A DNA stretch of 16,952 nt. Source: Synechococcus sp. Its GTDB lineage: Bacteria > Cyanobacteriota > Cyanobacteriia > Thermostichales > PCC-7336. A program made the translations under genes and the position numbers. Below are positions 1 to 9,286 of this stretch, piece by piece. The notes under the pieces were generated by a model. It did not search any database, was not told where the DNA came from, and saw nothing but the letters and a program-made list of their open reading frames with translations. The DNA is taken from contig JBFRWD010000024.1 in the NCBI GenBank assembly GCA_051439425.1, positions 1 to 16,952 on the forward strand. Direction: 5' to 3'. The stretch's first letter is position 1, and every line of letters begins with the position of its first letter.

Positions 1-57
1 ACATAATGGAGTCTACTACAAGGAGAAACGATGCTTAGGAAGGTAACCAATTAGTCA

Positions 58-267
58 CTAATCTTCGTAAATCAAACATTCGGGGGCTTCAGGATGTTCA
101 TCACAGTAGATGTCTAAACTGCTGGGAGGTGATTTATGGCTGCTAGCGGCCAATACTTCCTCAACTGCATCCCAAGCAGCTCGGCAGTGAGGATCGTTCT
201 CACCATACGTAGTGCAAATGGAACGTGCTTGCTCTAGTTCTTTACTGACGACTTCCGAAAGACTCAT
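58..267 (-). CDS. cp12: CP12, redox-regulated Calvin-cycle scaffold protein (GAPDH/PRK binding)
   Basis: 69 aa with an N-terminal Cys pair (C18/C28), core AWDAVEE motif and C-terminal YCDEHPEAPECLIYED carrying the second Cys pair. Confidence 0.95.
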   Translation of the reverse strand: MSLSEVVSKELEQARSICTTYGENDPHCRAAWDAVEEVLAASSHKSPPSSLDIYCDEHPEAPECLIYED

Positions 268-625
268 GGGCTTAGTTCCTGTCGGGTTCGATTTACTTAG
301 CCTAACTCGCGAAACCGAGGAAGTTTATACGCTTAATAACAGCTACAGATACGTGAACAACACGAAAAAAAAGTAACGTACTGACATATTTTTCGGTCAG
401 TTCTGGGTGATGTTTGCTTGAACATTGGGTGGTGCGAAAAAGAGCAGTCGTTAAAGTCCTAAGCAACCCAATCGGACTTTAGAAATTCTCCCAGTCTATT
501 CAACAGCGCTTTGTGTAGAGGGAGGGAGTGTCGTCAAGGCCAAGCCTGCGGATTGTGCGGGGGGTACGATGCCCTCAATTCACCAAAGCTGGCACACTAT
601 TAGAGTCGATCGCGAGTAAGTAGAC

Positions 626-2098
626 GTGGCCCTGACCATATTCAATTCACTGACCCGACAGAAGGAGCCGTTTGTTCCCCTTAGCGAATGCGAATCCTCT
701 ACCGGAGCTGGACAGGGTTCTCGTGACGTCAAGATGTATGTCTGCGGAGTCACTGTCTACGACTTCTGCCACTTGGGCCACGCTCGCACCTATGTTACGT
801 GGGATGTGGTGAGGCGGTACCTAGCCTGGAAAGGGTATACCGTCACATACGTTCAAAACTTTACGGATGTAGACGACAAAATCTTGAAGCGGGCACGGGA
901 ACGGGGCTCGAACATGCAGGCGATTTCGGAAGAATTTATCGATGCCTATATGGAGGATATGGAACGGCTAAATGTGATGCCTGCCGATCTCTATCCCAGA
1001 GCAACGCGATCGCTGTCAGCTATCTATCAACTGATTCAAGATTTAGAACTAAAGCAATTTGCCTATCAGGTCCGCGGACATGCAGAAGGGCAGGATGTCT
1101 ACTACGCTGTGCGCAAGTTTAACGGGTATGGCAAGCTTTCCGGTCGCAAACTGGAGGACATGCAAGCAGGGGCCAGCGGACGAGTGGATACCGAAGCTAT
1201 CCAAAAGCGCGATCCGTTTGACTTTGCATTATGGAAGTCTGCCGAACGCTCTGAGGAGGGGTTCGAGTCGCCGTGGGGATGGGGGCGACCGGGATGGCAT
1301 ATTGAATGTTCGGCAATGGTGCGGGAGACGTTGGGCGAACGGATCGATATTCATGCTGGTGGAGCCGACCTGAAATTTCCCCACCACGAGAATGAAATAG
1401 CACAGTCGGAACCGCTGGGAGGAGAACCGTTTGCCAAATATTGGATGCACAACGGGTTTCTGAATATCGACGGCGAGAAGATGTCGAAGTCACTCGGTAA
1501 CTTCAAAACCATTCGAGATGTGTTGGAAACTTACGAGCCGATGGCCCTACGCCTGTTCTTCCTACAGACTCAATATCGCAGTCCGATTGACCTAACGGAC
1601 GAGAGCCTGACGGCAGCAACCAGCGCTTGGAATACGCTGTCCACAGCATTAACCTTTGCTCAAACTCTCGACCTGGAGGGAGTCAAGCCGGAATCTGAGG
1701 CGATCGCGGCGGCAGAGACGGCCCTCGATGATGATTTCAACTCCCCCGGCGCTCTAGCTGTAGCTTTCGATCTGGCGAAAACCTTGACGAAGGAAAATAA
1801 TCAGCTCAAACACACTGGAGCAGGGACCCTCGATGCGGCTACGCTGACCGCAAAAGCGCAGGCTTTGGTCGCGATCGCCAACATTCTAGGTTTAACGGTG
1901 GAAGGGGTCAGCGACAACGAACCATCGGCGCCCGATTCCTTCACAGATGCCCAGATTCAAGAGCTGCTCGATCGCCGCAATGCCGCCCGTAAAGAGCGCA
2001 ATTTTGCCGAAGCGGATGAGATTCGCGATCGCCTTAATGCGGAAGGAATCACGATTGTTGATCAAAAGGATGGCAGCAGCCGCTGGATTCGCGCTTAG
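626..2098 (+). CDS. cysS: Cysteine--tRNA ligase
   Basis: MYVCGVTVYDFCHLGHAR (HIGH-type motif), DFALWK, GRPGWHIECSAM, DIHAGGADLKFPHHENE, KMSKS and a C-terminal anticodon-binding region. GTG start. Confidence 0.98.
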   Translation: MALTIFNSLTRQKEPFVPLSECESSTGAGQGSRDVKMYVCGVTVYDFCHLGHARTYVTWDVVRRYLAWKGYTVTYVQNFTDVDDKILKRARERGSNMQAISEEFIDAYMEDMERLNVMPADLYPRATRSLSAIYQLIQDLELKQFAYQVRGHAEGQDVYYAVRKFNGYGKLSGRKLEDMQAGASGRVDTEAIQKRDPFDFALWKSAERSEEGFESPWGWGRPGWHIECSAMVRETLGERIDIHAGGADLKFPHHENEIAQSEPLGGEPFAKYWMHNGFLNIDGEKMSKSLGNFKTIRDVLETYEPMALRLFFLQTQYRSPIDLTDESLTAATSAWNTLSTALTFAQTLDLEGVKPESEAIAAAETALDDDFNSPGALAVAFDLAKTLTKENNQLKHTGAGTLDAATLTAKAQALVAIANILGLTVEGVSDNEPSAPDSFTDAQIQELLDRRNAARKERNFAEADEIRDRLNAEGITIVDQKDGSSRWIRA

Positions 2099-2144
2099 CT
2101 AGAGATAAGCCAAGTTGGGGAAGCTACGGGTAAAGAGAACCGAA

Positions 2145-2158
2145 GGCCCAATCGGGCC
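2145..2158. terminator. Short GC hairpin between the convergent cysS and GNAT genes
   Basis: GGCCC-AATC-GGGCC. There is no strong U-tract, so this is a weak call. Confidence 0.3.
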
Positions 2159-2175
2159 GTATTGTCAGTAGGAAC

Positions 2176-2763
2176 TTATTCAGAGAGCGACTTATACAGC
2201 AAAATCTCTCGGGGGGCACCGAGATAATTCCAAGCCGTCGCCGAACGCCCTTGCATGCTGAATCCAGCGTTTAGATACAGTCGCTGCGCGGCTTTGTTGC
2301 TCTCCAGAACGTGCAGGAATATGCGAGCGCTCCCCCATGTGGCCGCGACTCCTTCGGCCCCCAACAGCAGCTTGGTCGCAACCCCCTTGCGTCGCCAGTC
2401 AGGCAGCACCGCCAGGTTGGCGATGTATGGTGCGCGAGTGGTGTCTGCTGTGCTCGGTTGAGTGGCACTAGTGGTGCGGCGCATACCGATTTCTAGTGTC
2501 CCCGCCAGCTCGTCATTGCACCAGGCTCCCAAGCAGCAGTATTTGGGATTGTTGCCGAGCAGTCGTCGCCGAATGTCCTCGCGAATTCCTAGACGCAACA
2601 CCGGCCACACGAACCTCTGCAACCCGACACGGGGGTGAAACGATAGAGCCAGCACATCTGCGAGCGTATCGAGATCGTCGATAGATGCCGGATAGACCAA
2701 AACCTCCGGCTGCGAATTCGAGCGGGGGAACGTGCGATCGCGGTTGCCGGGATGAACGGTCAT
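2176..2763 (-). CDS. GNAT family N-acetyltransferase
   Basis: PYIANLAVLPDWRRKGVATKLL (acetyl-CoA motif A) and LHVLESNKAAQRLYLNAGF (motif B). ATG at 2763 is preferred over the upstream alternative start at 2793. Confidence 0.9.
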   Translation of the reverse strand: MTVHPGNRDRTFPRSNSQPEVLVYPASIDDLDTLADVLALSFHPRVGLQRFVWPVLRLGIREDIRRRLLGNNPKYCCLGAWCNDELAGTLEIGMRRTTSATQPSTADTTRAPYIANLAVLPDWRRKGVATKLLLGAEGVAATWGSARIFLHVLESNKAAQRLYLNAGFSMQGRSATAWNYLGAPREILLYKSLSE

Positions 2764-3182
2764 TGAGGCCTGCAGGCAAATGGGAACGAGCAAGAATGCC
2801 GCATGAATAATTTCACTGTAGCTCTGACAGGATACTTGTGTGGCTGATAGCTGTCCTCACTCTAGCGATGATTGTTCGAACTCCTTGAACTATCGGGTAG
2901 GAGAGTTAACTGCCTGAAGAGACGCAGAATATGTTCGGAAGCGCGATCGATGTCTCACATACCTGACGTTCTCATTCAAAACACATTAAAGTGGGAAAGC
3001 TATCGCCGGCTCTAAATTCACGATGCTTTAGTCAGTCTGCCTGCAGCTTTGCTTGCTTTTAGGTTTGCTTGCTTTCAGATTTACTATCTATTTATCGCGT
3101 TCTTGCCCTGCCGAGCGTTGGTGTCATCAAAATCTCATCAAAACCTACAGATTGCTTGCGAGCGATCGCTGCTCTTCCTTCC

Positions 3183-4310
3183 ATGACCCATTCCACAACC
3201 CTTTCTACGGCTTCTGTCGGCCCGCTCGCCACCCCCGGCTCCAAAGTTGTCGTGGGAATGTCGGGCGGCGTCGATAGCTCGACTGCTGCTGCGGTTTTAC
3301 ATCAGCAGGGATACCAAGTGGAAGGGGTGACCCTGTGGTTGATGAAAGGTAAGGGACAGTGTTGTTCGGAAGGCATGGTCGATGCCGTGCAAGTGTGCGA
3401 CCAGTTGGGTATTCCCCATCACGTCGTCGATTCGCGCGAGCTATTTGAAGCTAGCATCATCCGTTATCTTGTAGATGGCTATGCAGAGGGCACCACACCG
3501 CTCCCCTGCTCCCGCTGCAACACCACGGTCAAGTTTGGCCCGATGATCGATTACGCCCGCGAGCAACTGGGCATCGAGACCATTGCCACAGGCCATTATG
3601 CTCGCATTCAATATTCGCCCGATCGCGATCGCATGCAATTATTGCGCGCTCGTGATCGCAACAAGGATCAGTCTTATTTCCTTTATGACTTGAGTCAGCA
3701 CCACTTATCTCATGCCATGTTCCCGCTGGGAGACTGGGAAAAGTCTGAGACTCGCACGGTAGCAGCCGATTTGAACCTGCACACTGCCGATAAACCCGAG
3801 AGTCAAGACTTGTGCCTGGTGGAAGCACATGGCTCGATGCAAACCTTTCTCGATCGGTACATCCCTCCGGCGCAGGGAGAGATCGTCGATACAGCTGGCA
3901 ATGTTCTGGGGAACCACGAGGGAGTCCACCATTACACCATCGGTCAACGCAAGGGGCTGGGGGTGGCTGCGGCCCAGCCGCTGTACGTGATTGCATTAGA
4001 TGCCGCCATGAACCGAGTGGTGGTCGGGCCCCGGGAAGACGCAACTCAACCGGAGGCGATCGCCGAGCGCGTCAATTGGGTGTCAATGGCCCAACCCAGC
4101 GCAGCAATTCGGGCAGATGTCCAAATTCGCTATCGATCTCGTCCCGTTCCAGCCACTATTACACCTCTGCCAGACAAAAACGGACAGCTCACCCGCACTC
4201 GAATTGTGTTTGACGAACCTCAATTTGGCGTCACCCCCGGACAAGCAGCCGTGTGGTACGACGGAGATGTCTTGCTGGGAGGTGGTTTGTTGGAGCGATT
4301 TACTGACTGA
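3183..4310 (+). CDS. mnmA: tRNA U34 2-thiouridylase MnmA
   Basis: [14 protein letters not shown]-loop, [39 protein letters not shown] and [12 protein letters not shown] at 3183 is the likely start (the ORF is open from 3069). Confidence 0.97.
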   Translation: MTHSTTLSTASVGPLATPGSKVVVGMSGGVDSSTAAAVLHQQGYQVEGVTLWLMKGKGQCCSEGMVDAVQVCDQLGIPHHVVDSRELFEASIIRYLVDGYAEGTTPLPCSRCNTTVKFGPMIDYAREQLGIETIATGHYARIQYSPDRDRMQLLRARDRNKDQSYFLYDLSQHHLSHAMFPLGDWEKSETRTVAADLNLHTADKPESQDLCLVEAHGSMQTFLDRYIPPAQGEIVDTAGNVLGNHEGVHHYTIGQRKGLGVAAAQPLYVIALDAAMNRVVVGPREDATQPEAIAERVNWVSMAQPSAAIRADVQIRYRSRPVPATITPLPDKNGQLTRTRIVFDEPQFGVTPGQAAVWYDGDVLLGGGLLERFTD

Positions 4311-4362
4311 CGTTAGTAGTCTGTCCGGCTTCCAGAAGTAAGGGCAATCTTGCCGCTCGATC

Positions 4363-4467
4363 TATGGCTTTCTGCAATCAGCTATGGAGAATACTCTAGC
4401 CATGTTTCTCGGTAAATCGAAGATTTGAGCTGTCCTCACACTCCAGACCTTACAGCGGATTGCCATG
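4363..4467 (-). repeat. Dispersed ~105-bp inverted-end repeat, copy 1 (inverted relative to copies 2-4)
   Basis: The reverse complement of the core (4374-4463) reads GCAATCCGCTGTAAGGTCTGGAGTGTGAGGACAGCTCAAA...TTCTCCATAGCTGATTGC and aligns with the copies at 5851, 11865 and 15747. Confidence 0.9.
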
Positions 4468-4715
4468 CAAGAGAATCTGATGTCCTGATACAGGTATTCC
4501 ACTGTAGTGAAGCGAACTTGGTATTGGTGCGATCAGGAGCGACCTCGATAGAGAAATAGGGTGATTGTCTTTGTGATTCAATTTGAAGCTATTTCTCATC
4601 CCCGTATCTCTTATCGGATGTGAATGTCGAGTTCAATCTCGTCAAAGCCAGCTCTATTTTGGCGCTGTCACAGTATCTGAGAATGGCATCTTCGAACCCA
4701 TAATTCAGATACCCA

Positions 4716-4755
4716 AAAGTCCCCTGCAATCGCTGTGCGTGCAGGGGATAAAAAG
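4716..4755 (-). terminator. Probable intrinsic terminator for the minus-strand DUF760/small-ORF transcript
   Basis: 9-bp stem TCCCCTGCA (4720-4728) / TGCAGGGGA (4740-4748). On the minus strand it is followed by CTTTT. Confidence 0.6.
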
Positions 4756-4942
4756 TTATGTCGTTTGACTACCACGAGCTATCTGCAGGTTGACTGATGC
4801 AACTGCAGTGATTGTGGTGACGCGAACAACCGATGCACATCCGAAGAGGGTGAGCAAAGAGGAGTGTAGTTGGCTGTAAGGTAGGGTCAAAGCTGTCCTT
4901 GCGACAATTGTGGGTGCAAAATCTATGGCACGAACAACGTCA

Positions 4943-5095
4943 CTATTTACCAGCTTGTTTCTCTAACTTAGAGATTGCCATTTGCAAAGATTTCAGAACG
5001 GGGTCAGCGTGAGGATTCTGACTTTGCTTGAGCAGCTGATTGTACCGAGCCTTGGCTGTGGCTAATTTGTCTTGAACTTTACTGGTGGCAGGCAT
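4943..5095 (-). CDS. Small basic, probably helical hypothetical protein (50 aa), not in the ORF track
   Basis: Hand translation gives MPATSKVQDKLATAKARYNQLLKQSQNPHADPVLKSLQMAISKLEKQAGK*. An SD-like GAGGTG lies 5 nt before the ATG, the stop is a tandem TAG TGA, and the ORF is co-oriented ~95 bp downstream of DUF760. Confidence 0.7.
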   Translation of the reverse strand: MPATSKVQDKLATAKARYNQLLKQSQNPHADPVLKSLQMAISKLEKQAGK

Positions 5096-5191
5096 ACTAA
5101 CACCTCAATTGATTGAAAAAACTTTACCCAAATTTTGACGAAATGGATCGCCAATCTGAAGAAATTAATTCTAGACGAGAATCACCCAAGA

Positions 5192-5572
5192 CTAACTGTC
5201 TCTGGCTATACCATCCTGTGAATTATTTGCTTCAGAAATGCCATCCTCGGAGCGAAGTCCAAATGCATGTTCGAGCTGTAGTTTTTGCTCCTGCGTGCGC
5301 AGATAGTAACCACTCATCATGGCTCCAGTCAGTAACTGAGCCAAACTCTCGCGGCTAGTTACGACCTGAACTCCAAACTGCTCGGATGGCAGGGTGCCCA
5401 GCATACCGCGAATGTGGTGAGAAAGGATCTCTAATGCGTCTTCAGAAACCTGCTGGGCAAGGGTTTGAGCATTTTGTTGCTCTTGAGCCTTCAAATATTG
5501 CCACAATTGGTTGTCTGCGCCTGGGGCGCGGAGATTGTTGCTCTCAGATTGAGGATTGCTGGGGAAAGACAT
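5192..5572 (-). CDS. DUF760 family protein
   Basis: NQLWQYLK...GMLGTLPSEQFGVQVVTSRESLAQLLTGAMMSGYYLRTQEQKLQLE matches the cyanobacterial/plastid DUF760 pattern. Confidence 0.9.
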   Translation of the reverse strand: MSFPSNPQSESNNLRAPGADNQLWQYLKAQEQQNAQTLAQQVSEDALEILSHHIRGMLGTLPSEQFGVQVVTSRESLAQLLTGAMMSGYYLRTQEQKLQLEHAFGLRSEDGISEANNSQDGIARDS

Positions 5573-5687
5573 GGTTCGTCCTCAGGGGGCCAACAAGGGC
5601 GTGCTTGGTCTGGCCATTGCCTAGAAATATGTGCATTACGCTGATGTGTATACAGTGCCTATTCGCTCTGTAATGTCACCTTAACGA

Positions 5688-5745
5688 GTTGCCATTTCTG
5701 TTTCGGTGGGAGTTGCCGTACCGCTGGAGTGGTAGGTTGCCGAAC
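5688..5745. promoter_or_regulatory. Phased direct repeats upstream of DUF760 (candidate regulator sites)
   Basis: GTTGCC at 5688, 5712 and 5736, an exact 24-bp period. The second and third extend to GTTGCCG(T/A)AC. Confidence 0.35.
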
Positions 5746-5846
5746 AGCGATGGATTGTGCGCAGTTGCGTATACTCTATTGCCCACTGCAATCAATATTC
5801 AGTTCGCCAGCTGAAGCAGAGGCCATACCACTGCAGACATTTCAGC

Positions 5847-5951
5847 CATAGCAATCCGCTCTACGATCTGGAGTGTTGAGACGGGTAGAATCCTTTATTG
5901 ACGAGGAACAGTACTCAGGAAACTCTCCATAGCGGATTGCCGATCGCCATC
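5847..5951 (+). repeat. Dispersed ~105-bp inverted-end repeat, copy 2
   Basis: Core 5851-5940: GCAATCCGCTCTACGATCTGGAG...AACTCTCCATAGCGGATTGC, with perfect 10-bp inverted ends. Confidence 0.9.
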
Positions 5952-6233
5952 TGTTTAACCCAGACTGCGCTAGGAACTCTTTGTCCAAACTGAAATGGCA
6001 AACGTTGTATGTCAATGCCCCAATCGATGTTCCCAGACTAAGCAGCGATCGTTCCCACACCCATTAGCCGGCTCGCATTCGCCAAATCCAAATACGATTG
6101 AGCCAGTCTCTGCCAGCAAAAAGTCACGGGCAGTCGTTCCCAAGCGCTACCCCCCCAAGCCTGCAGCAGCACATCTAGTGCGGATGACATCCTTCATCGG
6201 CAGGCTGAAAGACAACAAGAAGCAATTCACGAA

Positions 6234-6275
6234 TGACCAATGACTAATGACTGGGGACAATCAACCAAAGACCAA
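6234..6275. repeat. STRR2-like tandem heptamer array
   Basis: Six in-register heptamers: TGACCAA TGACTAA TGACTGG GGACAAT CAACCAA AGACCAA. The consensus is the reverse complement of STRR2 TT(G/T)GTCA. The array abuts the yajQ stop. Confidence 0.65.
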
Positions 6276-6278
6276 TCC

Positions 6279-6770
6279 CTAACGATAATTCGTAAACTGC
6301 AACGGAACCGGATAATCCTCCTGTCTCAACATTTGGATTACATCCTGCAAAACATCTTTATCCTTAGCCGATACCCGCAGCAAATCCCCCTGTATAGAAG
6401 CCTGCACTTTCTTAAAGGTGTCGCGAATTTGCTTGCTTATCTTTTTAGCCAGATCTTTATCAATTCCCTTTTGCAAGGTAACGGCTTGACGCATGCGGCT
6501 TCCACCAGCAGTTTCAGCCGCCTCGAACTTGAAAATCTTCTGCGACAACCCGCGCTTCGATGCCTTGGTCCGCAAAATATCCTGAATGGAATTGAGCGAC
6601 ATGCGGGTGTCCGTCTCGATGGTGAGTGATGTATCCCCCAAGTCTATGGTGCTGTTTGTGGGCTTAAGATCGTAGCGGTTCTTGATTTCACGCATTGCCT
6701 GATCGACTGCGTTCACTAGCTCTTGGCGATCGAACTCGCTGACTACATCGAAAGAATAGCTAGACGCCAT
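6279..6770 (-). CDS. yajQ: YajQ family nucleotide/c-di-GMP-binding protein
   Basis: [51 protein letters not shown] and the C-terminal LQFTNYR; 163 aa. Confidence 0.96.
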   Translation of the reverse strand: MASSYSFDVVSEFDRQELVNAVDQAMREIKNRYDLKPTNSTIDLGDTSLTIETDTRMSLNSIQDILRTKASKRGLSQKIFKFEAAETAGGSRMRQAVTLQKGIDKDLAKKISKQIRDTFKKVQASIQGDLLRVSAKDKDVLQDVIQMLRQEDYPVPLQFTNYR

Positions 6771-7139
6771 TAATTATCCCAAATTCTTAACGTGCGTTCC
6801 CCATCCTATCTCGCGATCGCAGAAGCACGGTGAGGATCGACTTTGAACGCGTGTTTAAATTCGTTCGTAAGCAGTGCTTTGCCCCCAGATCTCCTAACAG
6901 TGCAAAAGCAACCCTCAAAAAAGTCAAAAAATGGTCAACCTGTCCCCTGCAGCACTCGAATGGTTTGAGTAGAGTGATGAACTGAGGTGCTGCTATCCCC
7001 CGTTCGGTTCTCCCATTTCTGGCCCTTTAGCATTGTTGATATTGGCATTGATATCTGGCCGAGCAGAAATGAAGACAGTGCGGCAGTCAGCGACGCGAAT
7101 ATGCAATGTTGTCGAGCGAGTTGGTAGGACGCAAGAATT

Positions 7140-9281
7140 ATGAGCGATGAACGCCAAGGCTTAAAAACGTTGAGTGCAGCGATGTTGGGCTTAGGAATGA
7201 TGGGAGCCAGCGTCGCATTCTTGCAAACGTCATTTGAGCTTGATTTTTCGACGGGGCTGCCCGTACGAGCGCAGTCATCTCCATTGACTGTCGATACGGG
7301 CCGTGCTGAAACCACCAACCGACATTCCAACGCGGCCCTTTCCAATGCCAATAGAAATACGGATCGCAGCACTGCGAGTCGTGCCTACGTGCAGGCCACC
7401 GAAGCACTAGCTTTGGGTCGCAGCACGTTAGCCCTGCAATTGCTGGAGGGAATGGAAGACAGCCTGCCATCGTTGGCCGATCAAATTGTGATGTTGCGGG
7501 CGTTAGCCTACGAACAAGCCGATAGTCCGGTCTCTGCCGATCGAGCTTGGATGCAGTTGCTGGAGGACTATCCCAGCAGCTCTTTGATTCCGAGAGCGCT
7601 ACGGGGATTGGGACGGGTGGACGAGCTGCGATCGCGGTATTACGACCACCCGGTGACCGCCGAATACTTGCAAGAGGCGATCGGGAGCCAGACCCAGAAC
7701 TTCACCTACATTCGTCATTTGGCAGACATTGCTCCCGACACTGACGAACTAACGGTGCATCTGAACCGCTGGCGGGATAGCAACGGAGCGAGTTTTACGG
7801 CCGAGGATTATCAAATTATCGCAGATGCCTATTGGGAACAAAAAGAATTCGGCAAGGCATCGCGAGCCTACCAATCCGCTCCCGCGACTGCTCTCAATCT
7901 CTACCGGCTAGGTCGTTCCCACCAAATTTCGCGCGAGCACACACCTGCGATCGCAGCTTACCAGCGGCTACTCTCGCAATTCTCCGATGCGCCAGAGGCC
8001 GGTGAGGCTCGTCTCAAGCTGGCCGAACTTGTCGACACCGCCACTGCCATCTCGCTCTTGAGACAGGAGGCCGACCGCACTACCAATAGTTCACCCGCAG
8101 CGCTGCAGCAGCTGGCGGCCCTGTACTCGCGGGCGGGCAATCGACCGGCAGCCGAGTCCACGCGACAAGAGTTGTGGCAGAACTTTCCTCAGAGTCAAGC
8201 CGCCGCAGAAGTTGCATGGGCAATTGCATCGCAACGGGCGAATGCCGGTAATTGGGCAGGGGCAGTCGCGGTAGCCCAACCGGTGGGGACTCAACAGCCC
8301 ACAACAGAGTGGGGGGCCCAACTGAATTTTTGGGCGGGGCGATGGCTGAGCGCGCAAGGGGATTCGGCTGGGGCAACAGCTGCCTATCGACAAGTGTTGC
8401 AGCATGCTCGCTCCAGTTACTACGGCTGGAGGGCCGCAACATTATTGGGGCTGCCTGCAGGTGATTTTTCCAGCGGGCGATCAGTGGTCTCGCTACAGTA
8501 CCAACCTGCAATTTTGCAGTTACCGCAGGTTTCGGAGGCGGTGCAATCTCTGCATTCCGCTGGGGCGGCGGACGATGCCTGGCAGCGCTGGCAATGGGAA
8601 AACTACGATCGCCCCGAGACGACTCAATCTCTGTTTTCCCGTGGGGTATTGCAAAACCGAGGCAGCAACTATCTCGATCGCTTGCAAGGCATTAATACAG
8701 TTGCCAGCCTGATTCCCAAAGCAGAAGGCGGTGATGCCATTGCTCTACAGCTTCAGCGGCGTCCGGATTTTTGGCAGACCGTGTATCCCTTGCATCATTA
8801 CGACACGCTGGTAACGGAAGCTGAATCCTTCAGCCTTAATCCGTTAGTTTTGGCGGGATTGATTCGACAGGAATCTCGGTTCGAGCCGGAAATTGTCTCC
8901 CGTTCGGGGGCTTTGGGATTGACTCAGGTGATGCCAGCGACGGGGGCGTGGATTGCCGATCAAATGGGACGGCAAACCGGGTACAACTTGAGCACTGCCA
9001 ACGACAACTTACACTTTGGGGCGTTTTATTTGGATTACACCCATCGTCGCTACCAGGATAATTCCATGTTGGCGATCGCCAGCTATAATGCCGGCCCCGG
9101 AAACGTTGCTCAGTGGACGCAGCGATACAATCTGTCAGATCCCGATTTGTTTGTGGAGCAGATTCCCTTCCCTGAAACGCGTAAGTATGTCAAAGCCGTG
9201 TTGGGCAATTACTGGAACTACTTGCAAATCTATGCCCCCAACACCGATAACCTGGCGTCACGTTTGGCAGACATCTCCTAA
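7140..9281 (+). CDS. slt: Soluble lytic transglycosylase (Slt70-like) with TPR/helical N-terminal region
   Basis: N-terminal hydrophobic segment and helical repeats. The C-terminal SLT domain has GLIRQESRF (catalytic Glu), GALGLTQVMPATG, ASYNAGPG and FVEQIPFPETRKYVK. Confidence 0.92.
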   Translation: MSDERQGLKTLSAAMLGLGMMGASVAFLQTSFELDFSTGLPVRAQSSPLTVDTGRAETTNRHSNAALSNANRNTDRSTASRAYVQATEALALGRSTLALQLLEGMEDSLPSLADQIVMLRALAYEQADSPVSADRAWMQLLEDYPSSSLIPRALRGLGRVDELRSRYYDHPVTAEYLQEAIGSQTQNFTYIRHLADIAPDTDELTVHLNRWRDSNGASFTAEDYQIIADAYWEQKEFGKASRAYQSAPATALNLYRLGRSHQISREHTPAIAAYQRLLSQFSDAPEAGEARLKLAELVDTATAISLLRQEADRTTNSSPAALQQLAALYSRAGNRPAAESTRQELWQNFPQSQAAAEVAWAIASQRANAGNWAGAVAVAQPVGTQQPTTEWGAQLNFWAGRWLSAQGDSAGATAAYRQVLQHARSSYYGWRAATLLGLPAGDFSSGRSVVSLQYQPAILQLPQVSEAVQSLHSAGAADDAWQRWQWENYDRPETTQSLFSRGVLQNRGSNYLDRLQGINTVASLIPKAEGGDAIALQLQRRPDFWQTVYPLHHYDTLVTEAESFSLNPLVLAGLIRQESRFEPEIVSRSGALGLTQVMPATGAWIADQMGRQTGYNLSTANDNLHFGAFYLDYTHRRYQDNSMLAIASYNAGPGNVAQWTQRYNLSDPDLFVEQIPFPETRKYVKAVLGNYWNYLQIYAPNTDNLASRLADIS

Positions 9282-9286
9282 GAGCC

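Noticed and set aside
20..54. AAGGAG followed by the 7-codon ORF MLRKVTN
   Set aside because: Too short and at the window edge; likely chance.
2849..2865. AGCTGTCCTCAC matching the interior of repeat copy 1 (similar short matches near 4873-4899)
   Set aside because: Only 10-12-bp matches without the terminal arms; these may be chance or unresolvable remnants.
6038..6190. 50-codon minus-strand ORF (MSSALDVLLQAWGGSAWERLP...) after yajQ, and the overlapping plus-strand ORF 5995-6243
   Set aside because: No properly spaced SD, no recognisable motif and competing frames. It cannot be supported.
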